This document shows, in pieces, positions 19,494 through 29,207 of a stretch of DNA of 64,000 nt. Within the stretch, counting starts at the first letter, position 1. Every line of letters starts with the position of its first letter. The notes beneath the pieces are model-generated. The model searched no databases, was not told the origin of the DNA, and was given only the letters and a program-made list of their open reading frames with translations. The position numbers were made by a program, and so were the translations under genes. Source of the DNA: Candidatus Omnitrophota bacterium (lineage in GTDB: Bacteria; Omnitrophota; Gorgyraeia; Tantalellales; Tantalellaceae); NCBI GenBank assembly GCA_049643885.1, contig JBARQV010000010.1, positions 758 to 64,757 of the forward strand. Direction: 5' to 3'.

Positions 19494-19548
19494 GTATTTA
19501 TTATAGCACTTTAGAAAGTTCTACTTCAATTAAATTTGTGTTAATTTT

Positions 19549-21588
19549 TTAACGGAAAGAGACGCCGAGTTTTCTGGAAAGGGCTTCTTTGATCCCTGAA
19601 TGGGCTTGTTCCACTTCATCTTCCTTCAAGGTGCGGGTATCGAGACCGTATTCTATGCTGAAAGTAAGGCTCTTTTTGTCCGGGGGGACCTGCTTCCCCT
19701 CGTATACATCGACAAGTTTTACCCGGCGTATGATATCCTTGCCTTCCCGGACGATCACCCCGGATATCTCGCCCGCGGTCAGGGGCTTGTCGCAAAGAAT
19801 AGAAATGTCTCTTGAAGAGGCGGGAAAACGCGTTATGGGTCTATATACATCTTCGAGAACGGCCTTTTCATAAAAACCAGCCAGCTCTATCTGACATACA
19901 TAAACTTTCTGGTCTATGCCGTATTTTTTAAGGATGTCGTGCCCGACCTGCCCCAGTAAGCCGGATGGTCTTTTTCCCCCTGCTATTTTCATCGACGCGC
20001 ACAGGTCAAAACCTTCTACTACTTCCGGCGCGAATTCAGGCTCAAGCCCGGTTCCCCGAAAAAGCGCTTCAGCCTTACCTTTGAGGTCGTAAAAATCGCT
20101 GCCCCTTTCTCCCTCTTTCCATCCTTCCCTGGCAAGGCCGGTTATCCCCATACATAGCGCGGGTTCCTCGCGGAATTCCTTGCCGGCGCGCGCATAGATC
20201 TTACCTATTTCGTAAAGCCGGAGGTCCTTATTCTTGCGGTTAAGGTTATATGAAACCATCCTGAGCATTCCGTCCAGGAGCTGCGGGCTCAATATCTTCT
20301 GTTCTTCAGAAAGAGGATTACTTAATTGAACTGTCTTCTCCTTTGTGATCGAAGAGAAAATATCCGCGGCCGGTTCGCTTATGAGGCTGTAAGTCATTAT
20401 TTCGCTTAATCCCAGCGACGGGAGGATCCCCCTTATCCGTTCTTCAACGAGCCTGGCCTTGCCCTTTCTCTCTGTCTGGGCAAGGAGTTTTGTTGTCGTC
20501 TCCGGTATATTATCGTAGCCGTATATCCTTGCTGCTTCTTCGACAAGGTCGATCTCGCGCGTCAGATCTTCCCGGAAACTCGGGACTTTGACCGCCAGCA
20601 CCTGTGCTGCTTCTTTGTCGATGATCATGCCCAGTCTTGAGAATATGCGCTTTACTTCATCTTCCCTCAGCTTTATGCCCAGAAGCCGGCCGGCTTTTTC
20701 AACATCGAACTTTATCACTCTTCCTTCCGCCGGGAGCTTTCCGCAATCATAAAACTCGCAGATCTTCCCGCCGGTCTCTTTCTTTATGATAAGACTCGCC
20801 CGGTCAGAGGCTCCGGCTATCATCCCTTTGTCCACTCCCCGCTCGAAACGGTAGCTGGATTCGCTGCCTAAGCCTAGCTTTCTCGCTGTCTGCCTTACCG
20901 AGATCGGATCGAAGTAGGCGCTTTCAAGAAGAATATTCTTAGTCGCGCCGCTCACCTCGGTATTTACTCCTCCCATTATGCCGGCTATTGCTACCGGCCG
21001 CTCGCTGTCAGCGATGACCAGCATGCCGGGCTCTAGCTTTCTTTCGATACCGTCGATAGTAACTATTTTTTCGCCCTTGACCGCTTCGCGGACTATGATC
21101 TTTCCACCCTTCAGTTTGTCCAGGTCAAAAGCGTGCAAAGGCTGGCCGAGTTCCATCAGGCAGTAATTCGTGATATCCACCACGTTGTTTACCATCCTGA
21201 GCCCCACCGAGGAGAGCCTTTCCTTTATACATTCATCCGACTCGGCAACTTTCACTCCGGTTATGACTCTTGCGGTGTACCGCGGACAAAGTTTGGGTGC
21301 TTTTATCACGCATTCGACCTTCGACCCTTTTTCGCGTTTATTCTCAGGGATCGCAAGCTCCGGCAGGCAAAGATCCTTATCGAAGACCGTCGACACCTCC
21401 CGGGCCAGGCCGATAATGGAGAGACAATCCGGTCGGTTGGACGTGATCTCAAGGTCCATGACCCTGTCGCTCCCGACCTCTGGCATCACTTCCACTTCGG
21501 AACCGGACATAGTAAGGGCGTGAGCGACTTCTTCGGGAGTCGCTTTCACATCAACATATTCTTTCAACCATTTATAACTTAACTTCAT
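19549..21588 (-). CDS. pheT: Phenylalanyl-tRNA synthetase beta subunit
   Basis: 679 aa with B3/4 and B5 domains and a C-terminal anticodon-binding-like domain. Directly downstream of pheS. Confidence 0.9.
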   Translation of the reverse strand: MKLSYKWLKEYVDVKATPEEVAHALTMSGSEVEVMPEVGSDRVMDLEITSNRPDCLSIIGLAREVSTVFDKDLCLPELAIPENKREKGSKVECVIKAPKLCPRYTARVITGVKVAESDECIKERLSSVGLRMVNNVVDITNYCLMELGQPLHAFDLDKLKGGKIIVREAVKGEKIVTIDGIERKLEPGMLVIADSERPVAIAGIMGGVNTEVSGATKNILLESAYFDPISVRQTARKLGLGSESSYRFERGVDKGMIAGASDRASLIIKKETGGKICEFYDCGKLPAEGRVIKFDVEKAGRLLGIKLREDEVKRIFSRLGMIIDKEAAQVLAVKVPSFREDLTREIDLVEEAARIYGYDNIPETTTKLLAQTERKGKARLVEERIRGILPSLGLSEIMTYSLISEPAADIFSSITKEKTVQLSNPLSEEQKILSPQLLDGMLRMVSYNLNRKNKDLRLYEIGKIYARAGKEFREEPALCMGITGLAREGWKEGERGSDFYDLKGKAEALFRGTGLEPEFAPEVVEGFDLCASMKIAGGKRPSGLLGQVGHDILKKYGIDQKVYVCQIELAGFYEKAVLEDVYRPITRFPASSRDISILCDKPLTAGEISGVIVREGKDIIRRVKLVDVYEGKQVPPDKKSLTFSIEYGLDTRTLKEDEVEQAHSGIKEALSRKLGVSFR

Positions 21589-21591
21589 CTC

Positions 21592-22620
21592 TTACTTAAA
21601 CTGCTCCAGAAACCTCATGTCATTCTCGTAAAATAAGCGGATATCCTCGATGCCGTAAAGAAGCATGGCTACTCTCTCCACTCCCATCCCGAAAGCGTAC
21701 CCGGTGTACTCCTCGGGGTCATATTTTACCGCTTCGAAAACTTTTGGATCGACCATTCCCGCACCCAGGATCTCAAGCCAGCCGTTCCCTTTGCACACGC
21801 GGCACCCCTTACCCCCGCAGATTATGCAGGATATGTCGACCTCGGCGCTCGGTTCGGTGAAAGGAAAGAAATGCGGGCGGAAACGCATCTTTATGTTTTT
21901 TCCGAACATGCTCCTGCAAAAAAGCGAAAGCACCCCCTTGAGATCGGAAAACCTGACCCCCTTGTCGACCATGAGGCCTTCTACCTGGTGGAACATAAAA
22001 GAATGGGAAGCGTCTACGGCATCGGGGCGGTACACCCTGCCCGGCATAATGGCCTGTATAGGAGGTTTTTGCACCTGCATCACGTGTATCTGAACATTCG
22101 ACGTGTGGCTGCGCAAAAGATACGGGCTTTCTATGTAAAAAGTGTCGAACGCATCGCGCGAAGGATGGTCAAGAGGTATATTCAGTGCTTCGAAATTATA
22201 AAATTCTGTCTCGATCTCCGGCCCCTCCTCTATGCAGAACCCGAGTGAGACAAAAATCTCGTTTATCCTGTGCATGGTCTTGGTTATGGGATGAGTGGTC
22301 CCTGTCCCTATATATACTCCCGGAAGGGTGACGTCAAGTTCGCGGGTCTTCTCCTTGATATTCTCTTCTTCCAGTTTTATTTTCGCCTCTTCTATCTTTT
22401 CGCTGAACTTGTTCTTAAGGCTATTGGCCCTCTTACCGACCTCTTTCTTTTGCTCGGCCGAAAGCCCGGAAACAGCCCTGAGGATACCGGTAAGCTCTCC
22501 TTTCCTGCCGAGATATTTCACTCTTATGTTTTCTGCCTGCTGGGCGTCTTTACAGGAGGAAAGTTCCCCGGTAAATTCTTTTTCTATCGTCGCGAGTTTT
22601 TTCAAAACATCCATGGTCAT
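21592..22620 (-). CDS. pheS: Phenylalanyl-tRNA synthetase alpha subunit
   Basis: Class II motifs (HPSRDAFDTFY, FRPHFFPFTEPSAEVD, GAGMVDP...GFAFGMGVERVAML). Confidence 0.93.
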   Translation of the reverse strand: MTMDVLKKLATIEKEFTGELSSCKDAQQAENIRVKYLGRKGELTGILRAVSGLSAEQKKEVGKRANSLKNKFSEKIEEAKIKLEEENIKEKTRELDVTLPGVYIGTGTTHPITKTMHRINEIFVSLGFCIEEGPEIETEFYNFEALNIPLDHPSRDAFDTFYIESPYLLRSHTSNVQIHVMQVQKPPIQAIMPGRVYRPDAVDASHSFMFHQVEGLMVDKGVRFSDLKGVLSLFCRSMFGKNIKMRFRPHFFPFTEPSAEVDISCIICGGKGCRVCKGNGWLEILGAGMVDPKVFEAVKYDPEEYTGYAFGMGVERVAMLLYGIEDIRLFYENDMRFLEQFK

Positions 22621-23309
22621 TTCTTTTTCTTCAGCGCCTCTATCTTTTCATTCGCCCCGAATACCACAAGAATGTCGTCTTTCGTTATAACGTCATCGGC
22701 CTGGGGGGTTATCTCTATCTTTTCTGTTTCGCAGGGTTCTCCGTTTTTCGTAGTCCGGACTTTTTTCTTTACCGCGATCACATTCACTCCATACTCGGCC
22801 CTTACCTTGAGCTCCCGCAGGCTTTTGCCGATAAACTCCTCCGGCGGCTTTATCTCAATGATGCTGGAGATGTCAGATACGTCTATGTGCTCCATGACCT
22901 TATCCGAAGAGCTTATGAGCGTGTTCGCTATCCTGGCCCCCATCTCCATTTCCGGCAAAACTACCCTGGTAGCCCCTATTTTTTCTAGCACTTTTTTGTG
23001 CGCCTGGTTCACTGCCTTGCATACTACAGTAGGTATCCCCAAGTCCTTCAAAAGAAGCGTTATAAGTACGCTGGCCTCCACGTCTGTGCCGATAGCGCAA
23101 ACGGCGACTTCAATATCCTGAAGACCGGCCGCTTTCACTGCTTTTTCGTCCGTAGCATCCAGGCAAATCGCTTTTGTCACGTTATCCATGATGTCGTGAA
23201 CAAGTTCTTCGTTCTTGTCTATGGCGATCACCTGCTGTCCTTTTTCTCCCAGGGTCCTGGCCACGCTCGATCCAAACCGTCCTAACCCTATGATCGCGAA
23301 ACGCCTCAT
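22617..23309 (-). CDS. trkA: Trk/Ktr potassium uptake system NAD-binding subunit
   Basis: Rossmann GLGRFG motif (FAIIGLGRFGSSVARTL) plus RCK_C domain. Start taken at ATG 23309 (MRRFAII) with GGAGG RBS; the ORF-track start at 23315 is a TTG. Confidence 0.85.
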   Translation of the reverse strand: MRRFAIIGLGRFGSSVARTLGEKGQQVIAIDKNEELVHDIMDNVTKAICLDATDEKAVKAAGLQDIEVAVCAIGTDVEASVLITLLLKDLGIPTVVCKAVNQAHKKVLEKIGATRVVLPEMEMGARIANTLISSSDKVMEHIDVSDISSIIEIKPPEEFIGKSLRELKVRAEYGVNVIAVKKKVRTTKNGEPCETEKIEITPQADDVITKDDILVVFGANEKIEALKKKK

Positions 23310-23324
23310 ACCCAACCTCCTTTT

Positions 23325-24668
23325 TTATCCGACCATCACTTCTTCTTCAGGTAAAATATAGCCTTCTTTTCTCTCCCTAAAAGCCAGGGCGAGAGCCAAT
23401 GTCAAAGGTCCGATTCTGCCGACGAACATCGTCGCGGTTATGCACAACTTGCTGATACCGCTCAGCTCGCCGGTTATACCGGTAGAAAGCCCTACTGTCC
23501 CGAAAGCGGAAACCACCTCGAACAGGATCTTAATAAAAGATCGGTCCCCGGTCTGTCCTGCCTGAAAAAACGAAACCAATACGGCAAAGACGAACACCCA
23601 TGAAAGAGCCAGAAAAAATACTACCAGCGATCCCCTGATTACCTGCCGGGACATGGAACGGTCAAAATAATGGATTCTTTTTCTGCCTTTCATCATGTTC
23701 CACACTGACGCCACAATAACCCCGAACGTACAGGTCTTGATGCCCCCTCCGGTAGAACCTGGAGAAGCTCCTATGAACATCAAAAATATCAGCACCAAAA
23801 GAGACGGCACCGTAAGGTTCCCTATCGGCAGCGTGTTAAATCCGGCGGTTCTGGCCGTAACAGATTGAAACGCGCCGCCTATAAAACGCTGCGGACAGGT
23901 CAAGCCGCTCATGATATTATCCTTTTCGAAAAAGACCAGCGCCAGCATCCCCAAAACTATCAGTGCGGCGGAAATGCTGATCGCCATTTTGGACTGGAGA
24001 CTCAACCTTCTTTCCGCGCCCTTCCTGAAAAAAAATCCGATTACATCGACTATTACCACGAAACCGATGCCGCCGGTGAATATAAGCGCGATCATTATCG
24101 CGTTGATGTATGGGTCTGTCTCGAACCGGGTGAAGCTGGTGCTGAATAAAGCGAAGCCCGCGTTACAGAAGGCTGAGACGGAATGAAAAAGCGCTTTTTG
24201 TATCGTCTCGACTACAGGCCAGTCCGTGGTCAGTTTCCATCGTAAAAAGAGAAACGTCGCTCCGGCGATCTCGGCAGCCACTGTAATGCCCAGTATGTAC
24301 CCGATCAGTTTCTTTAAACCTATGATGTTGCGCCCGTCGAGAGTGTTGCGGATCACGTCCGAGGAGCCAAGGCCTATCTTCCTGCCGAGCATTACCGCGA
24401 AAAGGGTCGAAAAGGTCATGATGCCGAGTCCTCCCATCTGAAAAAGAAGGAATATTACCCACCTTCCGAAACCCGAAAAATATGTGCCGGTATCTTGCAC
24501 GACAAGGCCCGTCACGCAAGTCGCGCTGGTCGCGGTGAAAAGACTGTCCACAAGAGATAAGCTCCCTTCTCCCCTTACGGCTAGTGGGAGTGAAAGCGCG
24601 ATCGTTCCAAGACATATCGCGCACAAGTAACTGAAGATCACCATCTGTGGAGGGGTAATCCTTCTCAT
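23325..24668 (-). CDS. trkH: Trk/Ktr potassium transporter membrane subunit
   Basis: 447-aa polytopic membrane protein with repeated selectivity-filter-like GLGxxT/GFxT motifs of TrkH/KtrB. Confidence 0.85.
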   Translation of the reverse strand: MRRITPPQMVIFSYLCAICLGTIALSLPLAVRGEGSLSLVDSLFTATSATCVTGLVVQDTGTYFSGFGRWVIFLLFQMGGLGIMTFSTLFAVMLGRKIGLGSSDVIRNTLDGRNIIGLKKLIGYILGITVAAEIAGATFLFLRWKLTTDWPVVETIQKALFHSVSAFCNAGFALFSTSFTRFETDPYINAIMIALIFTGGIGFVVIVDVIGFFFRKGAERRLSLQSKMAISISAALIVLGMLALVFFEKDNIMSGLTCPQRFIGGAFQSVTARTAGFNTLPIGNLTVPSLLVLIFLMFIGASPGSTGGGIKTCTFGVIVASVWNMMKGRKRIHYFDRSMSRQVIRGSLVVFFLALSWVFVFAVLVSFFQAGQTGDRSFIKILFEVVSAFGTVGLSTGITGELSGISKLCITATMFVGRIGPLTLALALAFRERKEGYILPEEEVMVG

Positions 24669-24676
24669 AGGCTTAT

Positions 24677-25024
24677 TTATTTTTTCACCGTTTCGACAAG
24701 TTTCTTGAAACCGCGGCTGTCGGCCAGGGCGAGCTCAGCCAGGATTTTCCTGTTCAGCCCTATTTTTTCTTTTTTCAGCCCGGAAATGAACTTGCTGTAG
24801 GAGATATCTTCTTCCTTGCAGGCCGCGGAGATGCGGGATATCCAGAGGGCGCGGAAGTCTCTTTTCTTGAGCTTCCTGCCGATGTAGCTGGATACCATCG
24901 CTCTTCTGGCCGCATCCTTAGCGGTTCTTAACAATTTAGACCTCGCGCCGCGTTGTCCTTTCACTGCTTTAAGGACTTTTTTTCTTCTTCTCCGGGAACT
25001 TGGTGCATATTTTACCTTCGTCAT
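24677..25024 (-). CDS. rplT: 50S ribosomal protein L20
   Basis: 115-aa basic protein KYAPSSRRRRKKVLKAVKGQRGARSKLLRTAKDAARRAMVSSYIGRK. Confidence 0.93.
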   Translation of the reverse strand: MTKVKYAPSSRRRRKKVLKAVKGQRGARSKLLRTAKDAARRAMVSSYIGRKLKKRDFRALWISRISAACKEEDISYSKFISGLKKEKIGLNRKILAELALADSRGFKKLVETVKK

Positions 25025-25042
25025 TTCTTCTCCTTCTATTCT

Positions 25043-25240
25043 TTATCCGTATGGAAGCAATTTTCTCACTTTCTTTTCCATGGTCTTGTCCACAATTCCG
25101 GACTTTTTAAGCGCACGTTTGCGCTTTCTGGTCTTCTTGGTCAGGATGTGCCTGCGGCCTGCTCTAGACTTTTTTATCTTTCCGGTCTTGGTAAGTTTAA
25201 ACCGTTTTTTTACACCTTTTTTCGTTTTTTGTTTAGGCAT
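25043..25240 (-). CDS. rpmI: 50S ribosomal protein L35
   Basis: 65-aa lysine/arginine-rich protein [36 protein letters not shown]. Confidence 0.9.
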   Translation of the reverse strand: MPKQKTKKGVKKRFKLTKTGKIKKSRAGRRHILTKKTRKRKRALKKSGIVDKTMEKKVRKLLPYG

Positions 25241-25267
25241 TTTCCTCTATTCCCCCTTCTCCAGATC

Positions 25268-25813
25268 TTAAGTTTTCGGATTTATGGTCATCATTATGGT
25301 CTTGCCCATCATTTTGGGCGGTGAATCCATCTCGCCCAAGGCGGACACATCGTTAGCGATCCTGTTCATAATGCCCATCCCCAGCTCTTTGTGCGCCATC
25401 TCCCGTCCTCTTAGACGCAGTGATACCCGGACCTTGTCTTTCCTTTCCAGGAATTCTTTTATGTGGTTAAGTTTTACCTGGTAATCGTGTTCTTCTATGC
25501 GGGCTTTGAACCTTACCTCCTTGACCTGGACCATATGCTGTTTTTTCTTGGCTGTTTTCCTCTTTTTCTCCTGTTCGTATTTATACCTGCTGTAATCCAT
25601 TATACGGCAAACCGGCGGATCTGTGTTCGGTGCGACCTCCACCAGGTCCAGCCCGCTTTCCGTAGCCCGGGTAATGGCCTCGCGAATGTTTACTACCCCC
25701 ATCTGGTTGCCTTCTTCGTCTATCAACCGGACGTTGGGAACGCGTATACGCTGGTTGACCCGCACGTAATCCTGCTGCTTCCTTGCCTTGTAATTGAACC
25801 TTGATTTTGCCAA
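25268..25813 (-). CDS. infC: Translation initiation factor IF-3
   Basis: 181 aa with VRLIDEEGNQMGVVNIREAITRA and KEVRFKARIEEHDYQVK motifs. The ORF-track start at 25813 is a TTG, and an in-frame ATT preceded by AGGAGG lies at 25821, consistent with the classic atypical IF3 start. Confidence 0.88.
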   Translation of the reverse strand: MAKSRFNYKARKQQDYVRVNQRIRVPNVRLIDEEGNQMGVVNIREAITRATESGLDLVEVAPNTDPPVCRIMDYSRYKYEQEKKRKTAKKKQHMVQVKEVRFKARIEEHDYQVKLNHIKEFLERKDKVRVSLRLRGREMAHKELGMGIMNRIANDVSALGEMDSPPKMMGKTIMMTINPKT

Positions 25814-25837
25814 ATTAATCGTCCACCTCCTGTTGGA

Positions 25838-27571
25838 TTATACCTTATTTTCCACTTCTCTTTGCAGTTCTCCGGCGAACTCGTCCCACCCAAGGACCCC
25901 TTTAGCGCCGGTCTTCCGATTCCTGAAAGAAAGTTCCTTCTTTTCGGCTTCTCTGCCGCCAAGGATCACCATATACGGTATCTTCTCCAATTCGGCATTT
26001 CTTATCTTTTTCTGCATCTTTTCATCTCTTACATCGATCTCGACACGAAATCCTTTACTGCACAGGAACTCCTTGAGGTCTTTACCGTATTCGACCTGTG
26101 CTTCGGCAATAGGGATGATCATGGCCTGAACTGGCGCCAGCCATAGCGGAAAATCGCCCCCATAATGCTCGACCAGCGCCCCGATGAACCGTTCCAGACT
26201 GCCCAGGATCACCCTGTGCAGGACGACCGGACGCCGCTCTTTCCCCTGTTTGTCCGTATATTTCAGATCAAACCTTTCGGGTAGGGCGAAATCGCACTGG
26301 ATCGTGGCGCACTGCCATTCACGGCTCAGGGCATCTTTGAGTTTTATATCTATCTTCGGCCCGTAAAATGCCCCTTCTCCTTCATTGATCTCGTATTCAA
26401 GGCCTTTTTTATTAAGAGCGTTCTTCAAAGCTTCAGTGGCCAGTTCCCAGTCTTGTTCCGTCCCTATGAATTTTTCCGGGCGGGTGCTCAGCTCCACTTC
26501 ATATTCTTCAAAGCCGAAATCTTTGAGAGCTTCTGCTACGAAATCGATGACATTGACAACTTCGTCCTCTACCTGCTCCTGCAGGCAAAAGATGTGGGCA
26601 TCATCCTGCGTAAATCCTCTGACCCGCAGGAGCCCGTGAAGAACGCCCGACTTTTCATGCCTGTATACTGTCCCCAACTCGAAGTATCTTAACGGAAAAT
26701 CCCTGTAGCTCCTGGTCGTAGAGGCATATACCAGGATGTGTCCGGGGCAGTTCATCGGCTTGACCGCGAATTCCTGGCCTTCGCTTTTAAAAACATACAT
26801 ATGTTCTTTGTAATAATCGTAGTGGCCCGATCTTATCCAAATATCGCTTTTAAGGATGTGGGGGCTTGAAATAAGCTTATAACCTTTCTGGAGATGTTTC
26901 TCCGTTATGTACTCAACTACTTTCTGCCTCAACATCGCCCCCTTAGGGTGATACAGAACAAGGCCTGCCCCCATCGCATCGCTGAAACTGAACAGGTCCA
27001 GCTCTTTCCCCAACTTGCGATGGTCTCTTTTTTTCGCTTCCTCCCGCAGGTTTAAAAATTTTTCCAGCGATTTTTTGTCGCCGAACGCGGTGCCGTATAT
27101 CCTCTGGAGCATGGGATTCGTCTCGATGCCTCTCCAGTAAGCGCCTGCGACCGAAAGAAGTTTAAAGGCACCTATTTCACCCGTGCTTGAAGCGTGGGGG
27201 CCCTTACAGAGATCGGCGAAATTTCCGTGTTCAAAAACCGTGATCTCTTCTTCCTGCTCCAAACCTTTCAATAGTTCCAACTTGTACGTCTCCCCTTTTT
27301 CCCTGAAAAGCTTCTCCGCTTCTTTCTTAGATAACTTTTTTTCCTTGAAGGGGATATTTTCTTTTATGATCTTAGCCATCTCCTTCTCGATCCTGGGAAG
27401 GTCTTCCGGGGTGAACGTCTCTTCGCAGTCAAAATCATAATAGAAGCCGTCTTCTATAGCCGGGCCTATTCCCAGTTTCGCCCCGGGAAAGAGCTTCTTC
27501 ACGGCATCCGCCATCACATGCGAGGCGCTGTGCCTTATTTTCTGTAATTTTTCATCCGTTTTCTTGGCCAT
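25838..27571 (-). CDS. thrS: Threonyl-tRNA synthetase (short form lacking N-terminal TGS domain)
   Basis: 577 aa with HSASHVMADAVKKLFPGAKLGIGP editing-domain start, class II core and C-terminal anticodon-binding domain. Confidence 0.9.
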   Translation of the reverse strand: MAKKTDEKLQKIRHSASHVMADAVKKLFPGAKLGIGPAIEDGFYYDFDCEETFTPEDLPRIEKEMAKIIKENIPFKEKKLSKKEAEKLFREKGETYKLELLKGLEQEEEITVFEHGNFADLCKGPHASSTGEIGAFKLLSVAGAYWRGIETNPMLQRIYGTAFGDKKSLEKFLNLREEAKKRDHRKLGKELDLFSFSDAMGAGLVLYHPKGAMLRQKVVEYITEKHLQKGYKLISSPHILKSDIWIRSGHYDYYKEHMYVFKSEGQEFAVKPMNCPGHILVYASTTRSYRDFPLRYFELGTVYRHEKSGVLHGLLRVRGFTQDDAHIFCLQEQVEDEVVNVIDFVAEALKDFGFEEYEVELSTRPEKFIGTEQDWELATEALKNALNKKGLEYEINEGEGAFYGPKIDIKLKDALSREWQCATIQCDFALPERFDLKYTDKQGKERRPVVLHRVILGSLERFIGALVEHYGGDFPLWLAPVQAMIIPIAEAQVEYGKDLKEFLCSKGFRVEIDVRDEKMQKKIRNAELEKIPYMVILGGREAEKKELSFRNRKTGAKGVLGWDEFAGELQREVENKV

Positions 27572-27604
27572 ATTATCTATGCCCTATCAATGCGGGCAAA
27601 AAAG

Positions 27605-27681
27605 TGGTGGGCGATACTGGGATCGAACCAGTGACCTCCACGATGTCAACGTGGCGCTCTAACCAGCTGAGCTAACCGCCC
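27605..27681 (-). tRNA. tRNA-Val (anticodon GAC)
   Basis: 77-nt reverse-strand tRNA gggcggttagctcagctggttagagcgccacgttGACatcgtgg... with CCA end. Confidence 0.85.
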
Positions 27682-27768
27682 ACTTTTTTGTCCTTCGTCG
27701 GTCGTATATCAAAGAGTAACCTTAAATACATTCCCCTGGATGTCATCCAAGGGCTCGAATTTGTTTAG

Positions 27769-27856
27769 TGGTGGGCGAGGAGGGACTTGAACCCTCACAG
27801 CTTATTCAGCCGAAGGATTTTAAGTCCTTTGCGTCTGCCAGTTCCGCCACTCGCCC
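27769..27856 (-). tRNA. tRNA-Leu (anticodon UAA)
   Basis: 88-nt class II tRNA with anticodon loop ctTAAaa, long variable arm and CCA end. Confidence 0.85.
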
Positions 27857-27926
27857 ATTTTATCCAATAATACCCATCCTCTTCCTATAAGGGAAGGGGC
27901 ACAGCCCCGATTTATCGGGGCGTTAG

Positions 27927-28000
27927 TGGAGGCGCGGACCGGATTCGCACCGGTGTACGCGGTTTTGCAGACCGCTGCCTATCTTCTCGGCCACCGCGCC
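27927..28000 (-). tRNA. tRNA-Cys (anticodon GCA)
   Basis: 74-nt tRNA with acceptor ggcgcgg/ccgcgcc, anticodon loop ctGCAaa and CCA end. Confidence 0.8.
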
Positions 28001-28107
28001 TTCATAGAAAAACCATATTCCCGCGCCCAATTGCTTTACCCTGCGGTAGTGATGTAAATTATCATACTCGCAAAAAAATGTCAAATAGCTTTAGTCATAA
28101 AGGGTTA

Positions 28108-28557
28108 CTACCGCTCTTCTTCCCCCTGCCAGGCCACTGTCCCGTTCAGGTACAGCACGTTCTTGCCCCCTCCGGCATGATTCATGGCTTTGTCCCATAC
28201 CAGTTTCTCGTGAGAAGGGCCTTTTACCGTCAAGCCGGCGGCATAAATATAATCCGGCACCACCAGGGTCCCCGTTTCCCTGGTGGAAGGGCAATCTACC
28301 AGCCTTTTGTCCGACAGGTATCCTTCGTCGTACAGGGACTTAAGGGATCGGGGGAATTTTCCCCCGTGTTCCCTGGCGTAGATGTATAAAGCCAGTCCCA
28401 ATGCGCGCAGGTTGTTCGTACATGTAATAGCGTCTCTCCTGTAAAGCAAGTGCCTGAGAAAAGGAAAAGACAAAAATATCATGGCTCCCACTATCGCAAA
28501 AACGATTATGAGCTCCCCTATGGTAAATCCCTTATGTCCTTTTGCCATTTTCCTCAT
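28108..28557 (-). CDS. Prepilin-type N-terminal cleavage/methylation domain protein with DUF1559 (H-X9-DG) C-terminal motif
   Basis: MRKMAKGHKGFTIGELIIVFAIVGAMI is a type IV pilin-like leader plus hydrophobic helix. C-terminal HAGGGKNVLYLNGTV resembles the DUF1559 motif abundant in PVC bacteria. Its ATG overlaps the coaB stop (TGATG). Confidence 0.75.
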   Translation of the reverse strand: MRKMAKGHKGFTIGELIIVFAIVGAMIFLSFPFLRHLLYRRDAITCTNNLRALGLALYIYAREHGGKFPRSLKSLYDEGYLSDKRLVDCPSTRETGTLVVPDYIYAAGLTVKGPSHEKLVWDKAMNHAGGGKNVLYLNGTVAWQGEEER

Positions 28558-29207
28558 CAGAAAAGTTTCTCGGCTTCCTTGACTATTATCTCCGCACACT
28601 GTTCTTTTGAGACCCCCTTCAGCTCCCTGGTGTTGTTGTTTTTATCGATCAGAACAAAATCTTTCTTGCCCGGTCCAAAGGGATCCATTTCCGCAGTTTT
28701 GACGTTTACTATTATCAGATCCAGTTTCTTTGTTTGTAATTTTGTTTTCGCTTTTTCAAGCCACTCATCTCCGGTTTCCAGGGCGAACCCGATCTTGACC
28801 AGGTTGTCTTTTTCTCCGATCTCCTCAAGAATGTCCGGATTCTTGACCAGCTCCAGAGTCATTTCTTCCCGCTTCTTTATCTTTTGTTTCTTCTTTTCTC
28901 TGGGCCTGAAATCGCAGACAGCTGCGGCCATGATCAAACACCTGCAGCTTTCTATTTGCTCGAACACGCGGTCTCTCATCTCGCAAGCCGTGTCCACTTT
29001 TACAATGTCCACCCCTTCGGGAAAAGAGAGGCTGGTGGGACCGGTGATCAGACATACCTCGTAGCCTTTTTCCTTAGCTTTCCCGGCTATTTCATAGCCC
29101 ATTAATCCAGTTGAATGGTTAGAGATGAACCTCACGGGATCCAGCGGTTCGATTGTCGGGCCCGCCGTAATTAGTATACGGGTGGGAGAAGTGCGGTCCT
29201 TATTCAC
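28557..29207 (-). CDS. coaB: Phosphopantothenate--cysteine ligase (CoaB domain, separate ORF)
   Basis: ILITAGPTIEPLDPVRFISNHSTGLMGYEIA matches the CoaB half of Dfp. Starts at GTG 29207, overlapping the coaC stop by 2 nt in a different frame. Confidence 0.8.
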   Translation of the reverse strand: MNKDRTSPTRILITAGPTIEPLDPVRFISNHSTGLMGYEIAGKAKEKGYEVCLITGPTSLSFPEGVDIVKVDTACEMRDRVFEQIESCRCLIMAAAVCDFRPREKKKQKIKKREEMTLELVKNPDILEEIGEKDNLVKIGFALETGDEWLEKAKTKLQTKKLDLIIVNVKTAEMDPFGPGKKDFVLIDKNNNTRELKGVSKEQCAEIIVKEAEKLF

